Shown here in pieces: positions 22,201 through 37,200 of a DNA stretch of 64,000 nucleotides (positions are counted from its first letter, which is position 1; the number at the start of each line of letters is the position of its first letter). Under the pieces are notes generated by a model, which saw only the letters and a list, made by a program, of their open reading frames with translations, had not been told where the DNA came from and did not search any database. This DNA is from Eledone cirrhosa. Its lineage: Eukaryota. The position numbers were made by a program, and so were the translations under genes. The DNA lies in contig OZ024753.1 of the NCBI GenBank assembly GCA_964016885.1, forward strand, positions 21,638,001 to 21,702,000. Direction: 5' to 3'.

Positions 22201-25200
22201 TACCATTCTATCCGACGTTCTAACCACTCTAGCATTCTATCTGACGTTCTAACCACTCTACCATTCTATCTTACGTTCTAACAACTGCCATTCTATCTGA
22301 CGTTCTAACGACACTACCATTCTATCAGACGTTCTAACCACTCTACCATTCTATCTGACATTCTAATGACTGCCATTCTATCGAACGTTCTAACCACTAC
22401 CATTCTATCTGATGTTCTAACCACACTACCATTCTATCAGACATTCTAACCACTCTACCATTCTATCTGACGTTCTAAACATTCTACCATTCTATCTGAT
22501 GTTCTAATGACACTAGCATTCTATCAGACGTTCTAATCACACTACCATTTATCTCATGTTCTAACGACACTACCATTCTATCAAACGTCCTAACGACTAT
22601 ACCATTATATCTGACATTCTAATGTCTGCTATTCTATCCAACGTCCTAACCACAGTACTATTCTATCAGACGTTTTAACCATTCTACCATTCTATCAGAT
22701 GTTCTAACCACTCTACTAGTCTATCAGACGTTCGAACCACTCTACTATTCTATAAGACGTTCTAACCACACTACCATTCTATCTGACGTTCTAACCACTC
22801 TACCATTCTATCTGACGTTCTAACGACTCTGCCATTCTATCAAACGTTCTAACCACTCTACCATTCTATCAGACGTTCTAACCACTCTACCATTCTATCT
22901 GACGTTCTAACGACTCTGCCATTCTATCAGATGTTCTAACCACTCTACCATTCTATCATACGTTCTAACCACACTACCATTCTATCATACGTTCTAACCA
23001 CTCTACCATTCTATCAGACGTTCTAACCACTCTACCATACTATCAGACGTTCTAACCACACTGCCATTCTATCTGAAGTTCTAACCACTCTACTATTCTA
23101 CCTGACGTTCTAACCACTCGACCATTCTATCTGACGTTCTAATCATTCAACCATTCTATCTGACGTTCTAACCACACCACCATTCTATCAGACGTTCTAA
23201 CCATTCTACCATTCTATCTGACGTTCTAACGACACTACCATTCTATCAGACGTTCTAACCACTCCACCATTCTTTCTGACATTCTAATGACTGCCATTCT
23301 ATCGAACGTTCTAACCACTACCATTCTATCTGATGTTCTAACCACTCTACCATTTTATCTGACGTTCCGACCATTCTACCATTCTATCTGATGTTCTAAC
23401 GACACTACCATTCTATCAGACGTTCTAACCACACTACCATTCTATCTGATGTTCTAACCACACTACCAGTCTATCAGAAGATCTAACCACTCTACCATTA
23501 TATCTGACGTTCTAACCATTCTACCATTCTATCTGATGTTCTAACGACACTACCATTCTATCTGATGTTCTAACGACACTACCATTCTATCAGACGTTCT
23601 AGCCACTCTACCATTGTATCTGACATTCTAATGACTGCCACTCTATCCAACATCCTAACCACACTACCATTCTATCAGACGTTCTAACCACTCTACCATT
23701 CTATCAGACGTTCTAACCACTATACCATTTTATCTGACGTTCTAACGACTCTGCCATTCTATCAGATGTTCTAACCACTCTACCATTCTATCATACGTTC
23801 TAACCACACTACGATTCTATCATACGTTCTAACCACTCTACCATTCTATCAGACGTTCTAACCACTCTACCATACTATCATACGTTCTAACCACACTGCC
23901 ATTCTATCTGACGTTCTAACCACTCTACTATTCTACCTGACGTTCTAACGACTCTGCCATTCTATCAGACGTTCTAACCACTCTATCATTCTATCAGACG
24001 TTCAAACAACTCTACCATTCTATCTGACGTTCTAACGACTCTGCCATTCTATCAGATGTTCTAACCACTCTACCATTCTATCATACGTTCTAAGCACACT
24101 ACCATTCTATCAGACGTTCTAACCACTCTACCTTTCTATCAGACGTTCTAACCACTCTAGCATTCTATCTGACGTTCTAACGACTCTACCATTCTATCTG
24201 ACGTTCTAACGACTCTACCATTCTATCTAACGTTCTAACGACTCTGCCATTCTATCACACGTTCTAACCACTCTACCATTCTATCAGACGTTCTAACCAC
24301 TCTACCGTTCTATCTGACATTCTAATGACTGCCATTCAATCGAACGTTCTAACCACACGACCATTCTATCTGATGTTCTAACCACACTACCATTCTATCT
24401 GACGTTCTAACCATTCTACCATTCTATCTGATGTTCTAACGACACTACCATTCTATCAGATGTTCTAACCACTCTACCATTCTATCAGACGTTCTAAGCA
24501 CTCTACCATTCTATCAGACGTTCTAACGACTCTACCATTCTATCTTACGTTCTAACGACTGCCATTCTATCTGACGTTCTAACGACACTACCATTCTATC
24601 ATACGTTCTAACCACTCTACCATTCTATCTGACATTCTAATGACTGCCATTCTATCGAACGTTCTAACCACTACCATTCTATCTGATGTTCTAACCACAC
24701 TACCATTCTATCAGACATTCTAACCACTCTACCATTCTATCTGACGTTCTAACCATTCTACCATTCTATCTGATGTTCTAATGACACTAGCATTCTATCA
24801 GACGTTCTAATCACACTACCATTTATCTCATGTTCTAACGACACTACCATTCTATCAAACGTTCTAACGACTATACCATTATATCAGACGTTCTAAGCAC
24901 TCTACCATTCTATCAGACGTTCTAACGACTCTACCATTCTATCTGACGTTCTAACCACTCTAGCATTCTATCTGACGTTCTAACCACTCTACTATTCTAT
25001 CTTACGTTCTATCGACTGCCATTCTATCTGACGTTCTAACGACACTACCATTCTATCAGACGTTCTAACCACTCTACCATTCTATATGACATGCTAATGA
25101 CTGCCATTCTATCGAAAGTTCTAACCACTACCATTCTATCTGATGCTCTAACAACAGTACCATTCTATCAGATATTCTAACCACTCTACCATTCTATCTG

Positions 25201-28200
25201 ACGTTCTAACCATTCTACCATTCTATCTGATTTTCTAACGACACTACCATTCTATCAGACGTTCTACTGACTACACAATTATATCTGACATTCTAATGTC
25301 TGCTATTCTATCCAACGTCCTAACCACAATACTATTCTATCCAACGTCCTAACCACAATACTATTCTATCAGACGTTTTAAACATTCTACCATTCTATGA
25401 GACGTTCTAACCACTCTACTAGTGTATCAGACGTTCGAACCACTCTACTATTCTATAAGACGTTCTAACCACACTACCATTCTATCTGACGTTCTAACCA
25501 CTCTACTATTCTACCTGACGTTCTAACGACTCTGCCATTCTATCAGACGTTCTAACCACTCTACCATTCTATCAGACGTTCAAACCACTCTACCATTCTA
25601 TCTGACGTTCTAACGACTCTGCCATTCTATCAGACGTTCTAACCACACTACCAATATATCATACGTTCTAACCACTCTACTATTCTATCAGACGTTCTAA
25701 CAACTCTACAATTCTATCTGACGTTCTAACGACTCTGCCATTTTAACAGACGTTCTAACCACTCTACCATTCTATCAGACGTTCTAACCACTCTACCATT
25801 CTATCTGACGTTCTAACGACTCTACCATTCTATCTGACGTTCTAACCACTCTAGCATTCTATCTGTCGTTCTAACGACTCTACCATTCTATCTAACGTTC
25901 TAACGACTCTGCCATTCTATCAGACGTTCTAAGCACTCTACCATTCTATCAGACGTTCTAACCACTCTACCATTCTATCAGAAGTTCTAACCACACTACC
26001 ATTCTATCTGACGTTCTAACCACTCGACCATTCTATCTGACATTCTAACGACACTACCATTCTATCAGACGTTCTTACCACTCCACCATTCTTTCTGACA
26101 TTCTAATGACTGCCATTCTATCGAACGTTCTAACCACTACCATTCTATCTGATGTTCTAACCACTCTACCATTCGATCTGACGTTCCAACCATTCTACCA
26201 TTCTATTTGATGTTCTAACGACTCTACCGTTCTATCAGACGTTCTAACCACACTACCATTCTATCTGATGTTCTAACCACACTACCATTCTATCAGAAGA
26301 TCTAACCACTCTACCATTCTATCTGACGTTCTAACCATTCTACCATTCTATCTGATGTTCTAACGACACTACCATTCTATCTGATGTTCTAACGACTCTA
26401 GCATTCTATCAGACGTTCTAGCCACTCTACCATTGTATCTGACATTCTAATGACTGCCACTCTATCCAACATCCTAACCACACTACCATTCTATCAGACG
26501 TTCTAACCACTCTTCTATTCTATCAGACGTACTAACGACTCTAACATTCTATCAAATGTTCTAACCACTCTACCATTCTATCAGACATTCTAACCACACT
26601 ACTATTCTATCTGACGTTCTAACCACTCTACCATTTTATTTGACGTTCTAACGACTCTGCCATTCTATCAGACGTTCTAACCACTCTACCATTCTATCAG
26701 ACGTTCTAACCACTTTACCATTCTATCTGACGTTCTTACGATTCTGCCATTCTATCATACGTTCTAACTACTCTACCATTCTATCTTACGTTCTAACGAC
26801 TGCCATTCTATCTGACGTTCTAACGACACTACCATTCTATCAGACGTTCTAACCACTCTACCATTCTATATGACATTCTAATGACTGCCATTCTATCGAA
26901 AGTTCTAACCACTACCATTCTATCTGATGCTCTAACCACACTACCATTCTATCAGACATTCTAACCACCCTACCATTCTATCTGACGTTCTAACCATTCT
27001 ATCTCATGTTCTAACGACACTACCATTCTATCAGACGTTCTAACGACTATACCATTATATCTGACATTCTAATGTCTGATATTCTATCCAACGTCCTAAT
27101 CACAATACTATTCTATCAGACGTTTTAAACATTCTAACATTCTATCAGACGTTCTAACCACTCTACTAGTCTATCAGACGTTCGAACCACTCTACTATTC
27201 TATAAGACGTTCTAACCACACTACCATTCTATCTGACGTTCTAATCACTCTACTATTCTGCCTGACGTTCTAACGACTCTGCCATTCTATCAGATGTTCT
27301 AACCACTCTACCATTCTATCATACGTTCTAACCACACTACCATTCTATCAGACGTTCTAACCACTCTACCTTTCTATCAGACGTTCTAAGCACTCTACCA
27401 TTCTATCAGACGTTCTAACGACTCTACCATTCTATCTGACGTTCTAACCACTCTAGCATTCTATCTGACGTTCTAACGACTCTACCATTCTATCTGACGT
27501 TCTAACCACTCGACCATTCTATCTGACGTTCTAATCATTCAACCATTCTATCTGACGTTCTAACCACACCACCATTCTATCAGACGTTCTAACCACTCTA
27601 CCATTCTATCTGACGTTCTAACCATTCTACCATTCTATCTGATGTTCTAACGACACTACCATTCTATCAGACGTGCTAACCACTCTCCCATTCTCTCTGA
27701 CATTCTAATGACTGCCATTCTATCCAACGTCTTAACCACACTACCATTCTATCAGACGTTCTAACCACTCTACCATTCTATCAGATGTTCTAACCACTCT
27801 ACCATTCTATCATACGTTCTAACCACTCTACCATTCTATCAGCCGTTCTAAGCACTCTACCATTCTATCAGACGTTCTAACGACTATACCATTATATCTG
27901 ACATTCTAATGTCTGCTATTCTATCCAACGTCCTAACCACACTACTATTCTATCAGACGTTTTAACCATGCTACCATTCTATCAGCCGTTCTAACCACTC
28001 TACTATTCTATCAGACGTTCCAACCTCTCTACTATTCTATAAGACGTTCTAACCACACTAACATTCTATCTGACGTTCTAACCACTCTACCATTCTATCT
28101 GACGTTCTAACGACTCTGCCATTCTATCAGATGTTCTAACCACTCTACCATTCTATCATACGTTCTAACCACACTACCATTCTATCAGACGTTCTTACCA

Positions 28201-31200
28201 CTCTACCATACTATCAGACGTTCTAAGCACTTTACCATTCTATCAGACGTTCTAACGACTCTACCATTCTATCTGACGTTCTAACCACTCTAGCATTCTA
28301 TCTGACGTTCTAACCACTCTAGCATTCTATCTGACGTTCTAACCACTCTACCATTCTATCTGACGTTCTAACCACTCTACCATTCTATGTTACGTTCTAA
28401 CGACTGCCATTCTATCTGACGTTCTAACGACAATACCATTCTATCAGACGTTCTAACCACTCTACCATTCTATCTGACATTCTAATGACTGCCATTCTAT
28501 CGAACGTTCTAACCACTACCATTCTATCTGATGTTCTAACCACTCTACCATTCTATCAGACATTCTAACCACTCTACCATTCTATCTGACGTTCTAACCA
28601 TTCTACCATTCTATCTGATGTTCTAACGACACTAGCATTCTATCAGACGTTCTAATCACACTACCATTCTATCTCATGTTCTAACCACACTACCATTCTA
28701 TCTAACGTTCTAACCACTCTACTATTGTATCTGACGTTCTAACGACTCTGCCATTCTATCAGACGTTCTAACCACTCTAGCATTCTATCTGACGTTCTAA
28801 CCACTCTACCATTCTAGCTTACGTTCTAACGACTGCCATTCTATCTGACGTTCTAACGACACTACCATTCTATCAGACGTTCTAACCACTCTACCATTCT
28901 ATCTGACATTCTAATGACTGCCATTCTATCGAACGTTCTAACCACTACCATTCTATCTGATGTTCCAACCACACTACCATTCTATCAGACATTCTAACCA
29001 CTCTACCATTCTATCTGACGTTCTAACCATTCTACCATTCTATCTGATGTTCTAACGACACTAGCATTCTATCAGACGTTCTAATCACACTACCATTCTA
29101 TCTCATGTTCTAACCACACTACCATTCTATCTAACGTTCTAACCACTCTACTATTGTATCTGACGTTCTAACGACTCTGCCATTCTATCAGACGTTCTAA
29201 CCACTCTACCATTCTATCAGACGTTCTAACCACTCTACCATTCTATCTGACGTTCTAACGACTCTGCCATTCTATCAGATGTTCTAACCACTCTACCATT
29301 CTATCATACGTTCTAACCACACTACCATTCTATCATACGTTCTAACCACTCCACCATTCTTTCTGACATTCTAATGACTGCCATCCTATCGACCGTTCTA
29401 ACCTCTACCATTCTATCTGATGTTCTAACGACTCTACCATTCTATCTGACGTTCCGACCATTCTACCATTCTATCTGATGTTCTAACGACACTACCATTC
29501 TATCAGACGTTCTAACCACACTACCATTCTATCTGATGTTCTAACCACACTACCATTCTATCAGAAGATCTAACCACTCTACCATTCTATTAGACGTTCT
29601 AACCACACTACCATTCTATCAGACGTTCTAACCACTCTACTATTCTATCAGACGTACTAACTACTCTAACATTCTATCAGATGTTCTAACCATTCTACCA
29701 TTCTATCAGACATTCTAACCACTCTAATAGTCTATCAGACGTTCGAACCACTCTACCATTCTATCAGACATTCTAACCACACTACTATTGTATCTGACGT
29801 TCTAACCGATCTACCATTCTATTTGACGTTCTAACGATTCTGCCATTCTATCAGACATTCTAACCACTCTACCATTCTATCAGACGTTCTAACCACTCTA
29901 CCATTCTATCTGACCTTCTAACCACTCTACCATTCTATCAGACGTTCTAACCACTCTACCAATTTATCAGACGTTCTAACCACTCTACCATTCTATCGGA
30001 CGTTCTAACCACTCTACCAATCTATCAGACGTTCTAACCACTTTACCATTCTATCTGACGTCCTTACGAATCTGCCATTCTATCAGACGTTCTAACCACT
30101 CTACCATTCTATCATACGTTCTAACTAGTCTACCATTCTATCAGACGTTCTAAGCACTCTACCATTCTATCAGACGTTCTAACCATTCTATCTGACGTTC
30201 TAACCATTCTATCTGACGTTCTAACCACTCTACCATTCTATCAAACGTTCTAACCACGCTACCATTCTATCTGACGTTCTAACCACTCTACCATTCTATC
30301 AAACGTTCTAAATACGCTACCATTCTATCTGACGTTCTAACCACTCTACCATTCTATCTGACGTTCTAACCACTCTACCATACTATCTGACGTTCTACCC
30401 ACTCTGCCATCCTATCTGACGTTCTAACCACACTACCATTCTATCTGCCGTTCTAACCACACTACCATTCTATCTGACGTTCTAACCACTCAACCATTCT
30501 ATCAGACGTTCTAACCATTCTACCATTCTACCTGACGTTCTAACCACACTACCATTCTATCAGACGTTCTAACCTCTCTACCATTCTATCTGACGTTCTA
30601 ACCACTACCATTCTATCTGACGTTCTAACGACACTACCCTTCTATCAGACGTTCTAACCACTCTACCATTCTATCTGACATTCTAATGACTGCCATTCTA
30701 TCGAACGTTCTAACCACTACCATTCTATCAGACGTTCTAACTCATGTTCTAACGACACTACCATTCTATCAGACGTTCTAACCACTCTACCATTCTATCT
30801 GACATTCTAATGACTGCCATTCTATCCGACGTCATAAACACTCTACCATTCTATCAGACGTTCTAACCACTCTACCATTCTATCACAGGTACTAAGGACT
30901 CTACCATTCTATCAGATGTGTCTAACCATTCTACCATTATATCAGACGTTCTAACCACTCTACTAGTCTATCAGACGTTCGAACCACTCTACCATTCTAT
31001 CAGAGGTTCTAACCACACTACCATTCTATCTGACGTTCTAACCACTCTACCATTCTATCAGACGTTCTAACCTCACTACCATTCTATCAGACGTTCTAAC
31101 GACTCTGCCATTCTATCAGACATTCTAACCACTCTACCATTCTATCAGACGTTCTAACCACTCTACCATTCTATCTGACTTTCTAAACACTCTACCATTC

Positions 31201-34200
31201 TATCAGACGTTCTAACCACTCTACCAATCTATCAGACGTTCTAACCACTCTACCATTCTATCGGACGTTCTAACGACTCTACCATTCTATCAGACGTTCT
31301 AACCACTCTAGCATTCTATCTGACGTTCTAACCACTCTAGCATTCTATCTGACGTTCTAACCACTCTACCATTCTATCATACGTTATAACTACTCTACCA
31401 TTCTATCAGACGTTCTAGGCACTCTACCATTCTATCAGACATTCTAACCATTCTATCTGACGTTCTAACCACTCTACCAATCTATCAAACGTTCTAACCA
31501 CGCTACCATTCTATCTGACGTTCTAACCACTCTACCATTCTATCTGACGTTCTAACCACTCTACCATACTATCTGACGTTCTAACCACTCTACCATTCTA
31601 TCAGACGTTCTAATCACTCTACCATTCTATCTGACCTTCTAACCACTCTACCATTCTATCAGACGTTCTAACCACTCTACCAATCTATCAGACGTTCTAA
31701 CCACTCTACCATTCTATCGGACGTTCTGACCACTCTACCATTCTATCAGACGTTCTAACCACTTTACCATTCTATCTGACGTTCTTACGATTCTGCCATT
31801 CTATCATACGTTCTAACTACTCTACCATTCTATCAGACGTTCTAAGCACTCTACCATTCTATCAGACGTTCTAACCATTCTATCTGACGTTCTAACAACT
31901 CTACCATTCTATCAAACGTTCTAACCACGCTACCATTCTATCTGACGTTCTAACCACTCTACTATTCTATCAGACGTTCTAAGCACTCTACCATTCTATC
32001 AGACGTTCTAACCACTCTACCATTCTATCCGACGTTCTAACCACTCTAGCATTCCATCAGACGTTCTAACTACTCTACCATTCTATCAAACGTTCTAACT
32101 ACGCTACCATTCTATCTGACGTTCTAACCACTCTACCATTCTATCTGACGTTCTAACCACTCTACCATACTATCTGACGTTCTAACCACTCTACCATCCT
32201 ATGTGACGTTCTAACCACACTACCATTCTATCTGCCGTTCTAACCACACTACCATTCTATCTGACGTTCTAACCTCTCAACCATTCTATCAGACGTTCTA
32301 ACCATTCTACCATTCTACCTGACGTTCTAACCACACTACCATTCTATGAGACGTTCTAACCTCTCTACCATTCTATCTGACGTTCTAACCACTACCATTC
32401 TATCTGACGTTCTAACGACACTACCATTCTATCAGACGTTCAAACCACTCTACCATTCTATCTGACATTCTAATGACTGCCATTCTATCGAACGTTCTAA
32501 CCACTACCATTCTATCAGACGTTCTAACCACACTACCATTCTATCTCATGTTCTAACGACACTACCATTCTATCAGACGTTCTAACCACTCTACCATTCT
32601 ATCTGACATTCTATTGACTGCCATTCTATCCGACGTCCTAACCACTCTACCATTCTATCAGACGTTCTAACCACTCTACCATTCTATCAGAGGTACTAAC
32701 GATTCTACGATTCTATCAGATGTGTCTAAACATTCTACCATTCTATCAGACGTTCTAACCACTCTACTAGTCTATCAGACGTTCGAACCACTCTACCATT
32801 CTATCAGACGTTCTAACCACACTACCATTCTATCTGACGTTCTAACCACTCTACCATTCTATCAGACGTTCTAACCACACTACCATTCTATCAGACGTTC
32901 TAACCACTCTACCATTCTATCTGCCGTTCTAACCACACTGCCATTCTATCTGACGTTCTAACCACTCAACCATTCTATCAGACGTTCTAACCATTCTACC
33001 ATTCTACCTGACGTTCTAACCACACTACCATTCTATCAGACGTTCTAACCTCTCTACAATTCTATCTGACGTTCTAACCACTACCATTCTATCTGACGTT
33101 CTAACGACACTACCCTTCTATCAGACGTTCTAACCACTCTACCATTCTATCTGACATTCTAATGACTGCCATTCTATCGAACGTTCTAACCACTACCATT
33201 CTATCAGACGTTCTAACTCATGTTCTAACGACACTACCATTCTATCAGACGTTCTAACCACTCTACCATTCTATCTGACATTCTAATGACTGCCATTCTA
33301 TCCGACGTCATAACCACTCTACCATTCTATCAGACGTCCTAACCACTCTACCATTCTATCAGAGGTACTAACGACTCTACCATTCTATCAGATGTGTCTA
33401 ACCATTCTACCATTATATCAGACGTTCTAACCACTCTACTAGTCTATCAGACGTTCGAACCACTCTACCATTCTATCAGATGTTCTAACCTCACTACCAT
33501 TCTATCAGACGTTCTAACGACTCTGCCATTCTATCAGACATTCTAACTACTCTACCATTCTATCAGACGTTCTAACCACTCTACCATTCTATCTGACCTT
33601 CTAAACACTCTACCATTCTATCAGACGTTCTAACCACTCTACCAATCTATCAGACGTTCTAACCACTCTACCATTCTATCGGACGTTCTAACCACTCTAC
33701 CATTCTATCAGACATTCTAACCACTTTACCATTCTATCTGACGTCCTTACGATTCTGCCATTCTATCATACGTTCTAACCACTCTACCATTCTATCATAC
33801 GTTCTAACTACTCTACCATTCTATCAGACGTTCTAAGCACTCTACCATTCTATCAGACGTTCTAACCATTCTATCTGACGTTCTAACCACTCTACCAATC
33901 TATCAAACGTTCTAACCACGCTACCATTCTATCTGACGTTCTAACCACTCTACTATTCTATCAGACGTTCTAAGCACTCTACCATTCTATCCGACGTTCT
34001 AACCACTCTAGCATTCCATCAGACGTTCTAACCACTCTACCATTCTATCATACGTTCTAACCACACTACCATTCTATCATACGTTCTAACCACTCCACCA
34101 TTCTTTCTGACATTCTAATGACTGCCATTCTATCGAACGTTCTAACCACTACCATTCTATCTGATGTTCTAACCACTCTACCATTCTATCTGACGTTCCG

Positions 34201-37200
34201 ACCATTCTACCATTCTATCTGATGTTCTAACGACACTACCATTCTATCAGACTTTCTAACCACACTACCATTCTATCTGATGTTCTAACCACACTACCAT
34301 TGTATCAGAAGATCTAACCACTCTACCATTCTATTAGACGTTCTAACCACACTACCATTCTATCAGACGTTCTAACCACTATACCATTCTATCTGATGTT
34401 CTAACGACACCACCATTCTATCTGATGTTCTAACGACACTACCATTCTATCAGACGTTCTAGCCACTCTACCATTGTATCTGAGATTCTAATGACTGCCA
34501 CTCTATCCAACATCCTAACTACACTACCATTCTATCTGACGTTCTAACCACTCTACTATTCTATCAGACGTACTAACGACTCTAACATTCTATCAGATGT
34601 TCTAACCATTCTACCATTCTATCAGACATTCTAACCACTCTAATAGTCTATCAGACGTTCGAACCACTCTACCATTCTATCAGACATTCTAACCACACTA
34701 CTATTGTATCTGACGTTCTAACCACTCTACCATTCTATTTGACGTTCTAACGATTCTGCCATTCTATCAGACGTTCTAACCACTCTACCATTCTATCAGA
34801 CGTTCTAACCACTCTACCATTCTATCTGACCTTCTAACCACTCTACCATTCTATCTGACGTTCTAACGACTCAGCCATTCTATCAGACATTCTAACCACT
34901 CTACCATTCTATCAGACGTTCTAACCTCACTACCATTCTATCAGACGTTCTAACGACTCTGCCATTCTATCAGACATTCTAACCACTCTACCATTCGATC
35001 AGACATTCTAACCACTCTACCATTCTATCTGACCTTCTAAACACTCTACCATTCTATCAGACGTTCTAACCACTCTACCAATCTATCAGACGTTCTAACC
35101 ACTCTACCATTCTATCGGACGTTCTAACCACTCTACCATTCTATCAGACATTCTAACCACTTTACCATTCTATCTGACGTCCTTACGATTCTGCCATTCT
35201 ATCATACGTTCTAACCACTCTACCATTCTATCATACGTTCTAACTACTCTACCATTCTATCAGACGTTCTAAGCACTCTACCATTCTATCAGACGTTCTA
35301 ACCATTCTATCTGACGTTCTAACCACTCTACCAATCTATCAGACGTTCTAACCACCCTACCATTCTATCCGACGTTCTAACCACTCTAGCATTCCATCAG
35401 ACGTTCTAACCACTCTACCATTCTATCAAACGTTCTAACTACGCTACCATTCTATCTGACGTTCTAACCACTCTACCATTCTATCTGACGTTCTAACCAC
35501 TCTACCATACTATCTGACATTCTAACCACTCTACCATCCTATCTGACGTTCTAACCACACTACCATTCTATCTGCCGTTCTAACCACACTACTATTCTAT
35601 CTGACGTTCTAACCACTCAACCATTCTATCAGACGTTCTAACCATTCTACCATTCTACCTGACGTGCTAACCACACTACGATTCTATCAGACGTTCTAAC
35701 CTCTCTACCATTCTATCTGACGTTCTAACCACTACCATTCTATCTGACGTTCTAACGACACTACCATTCTATCAGACGTTCTAACCACTCTACCATTCTA
35801 TTTGACATTCTAATGACTGCCATTCTATCGAACGTTCTAACCACTACCATTCTATCAGACGTTCTAACCACACTACCATTCTATCTCATGTTCTAACGAC
35901 ACTACCATTCTATCCGACGTCCTAACAACTCTACCATTCTATCAGACGTTCTAACCACACTACCATTCTATCAGACGTTCTAACCACTCTACCATTCTAT
36001 CAGACGTTCTAACCACTCTACCATTCTATCAGAGGTACTAACGACTCTACCATTCTATCAGATGTGTCTAACCATTCTACCATTCTATCAGACGTTCTAA
36101 CCACTCTACTAGTCTATCAGACGTTCGAACCACTCTACCATTCTATCCAACGTCTTAACCACACTACCATTCTATCAGACGTTCTAACCACTCTACCATT
36201 CTATCAGATGTTCTAACCACTCTACCATTCTATCATACGTTCTAACCACTCTACCATTCTATCAGACGTTCTAACCACTCTACCATTCTATCAGACGTTC
36301 TAAGCACTCTACCATTCTATCAGACGTTCTAACGACTATACCATCATATCTGACATTCTAATGTCTGCTATTCTATCCAACGTCCTAACCACACTACTAT
36401 TCTATCAGACGTTTTAACCATGCTACCATTCTATCAGACGTTCTAACCACTCTACTAGTCTATCAGACGTTCGAACCACTCTACTATTCTATAAGACGTT
36501 CTAACCACACTACCATTCTATCTGACGTTCTAACCACTCTACCATTCTATCTGACGTTCTAACGACTCTGCCATTCTATCAGATGTTCTAACCACTCTAC
36601 CATTCTATCATACGTTCTAACCACACTACCATTCTATCATACGTTCTAACCACTCTACCATTCTATCAGACGTTCTTACCACTCTACCATACTATCAGAC
36701 GTTCTAAGCACTCTACCATTCTATCAGACGTTCTAACGACTCTAGCATTCTATCTGACGTTCTAACCACTCTACCGTTCTATCTGACGTTCTAACCACTC
36801 TACCATTCTATCTTACGTTCTAACGACTGCCATTCTATCTGACGTTCTAACGACACTACCATTCTATCAGACGTTCTAACCACTCTACCATTCTATCTGA
36901 CATTCTAATGACTGCCATTCTATCGAACGTTCTAACCACTACCATTCTATCTGATGTTCTAACCACTCTACCATTCCATCAGACCTTCTAACCACTCTAC
37001 CATACTATCTGACGTTCTAACCATTCTACCATTCTATCTGATGTTCTAACGACACTAGCATTCTATCAGACGTTCTAATCACACTACCATTCTATCTCAT
37101 GTTCTAACCACACTACCATTCTATCTAACGTTCTAACCATTCTACTATTGTATCTGACGTTCTAACGACTCTGCCATACTATCAGACGTTCTAACCACTC

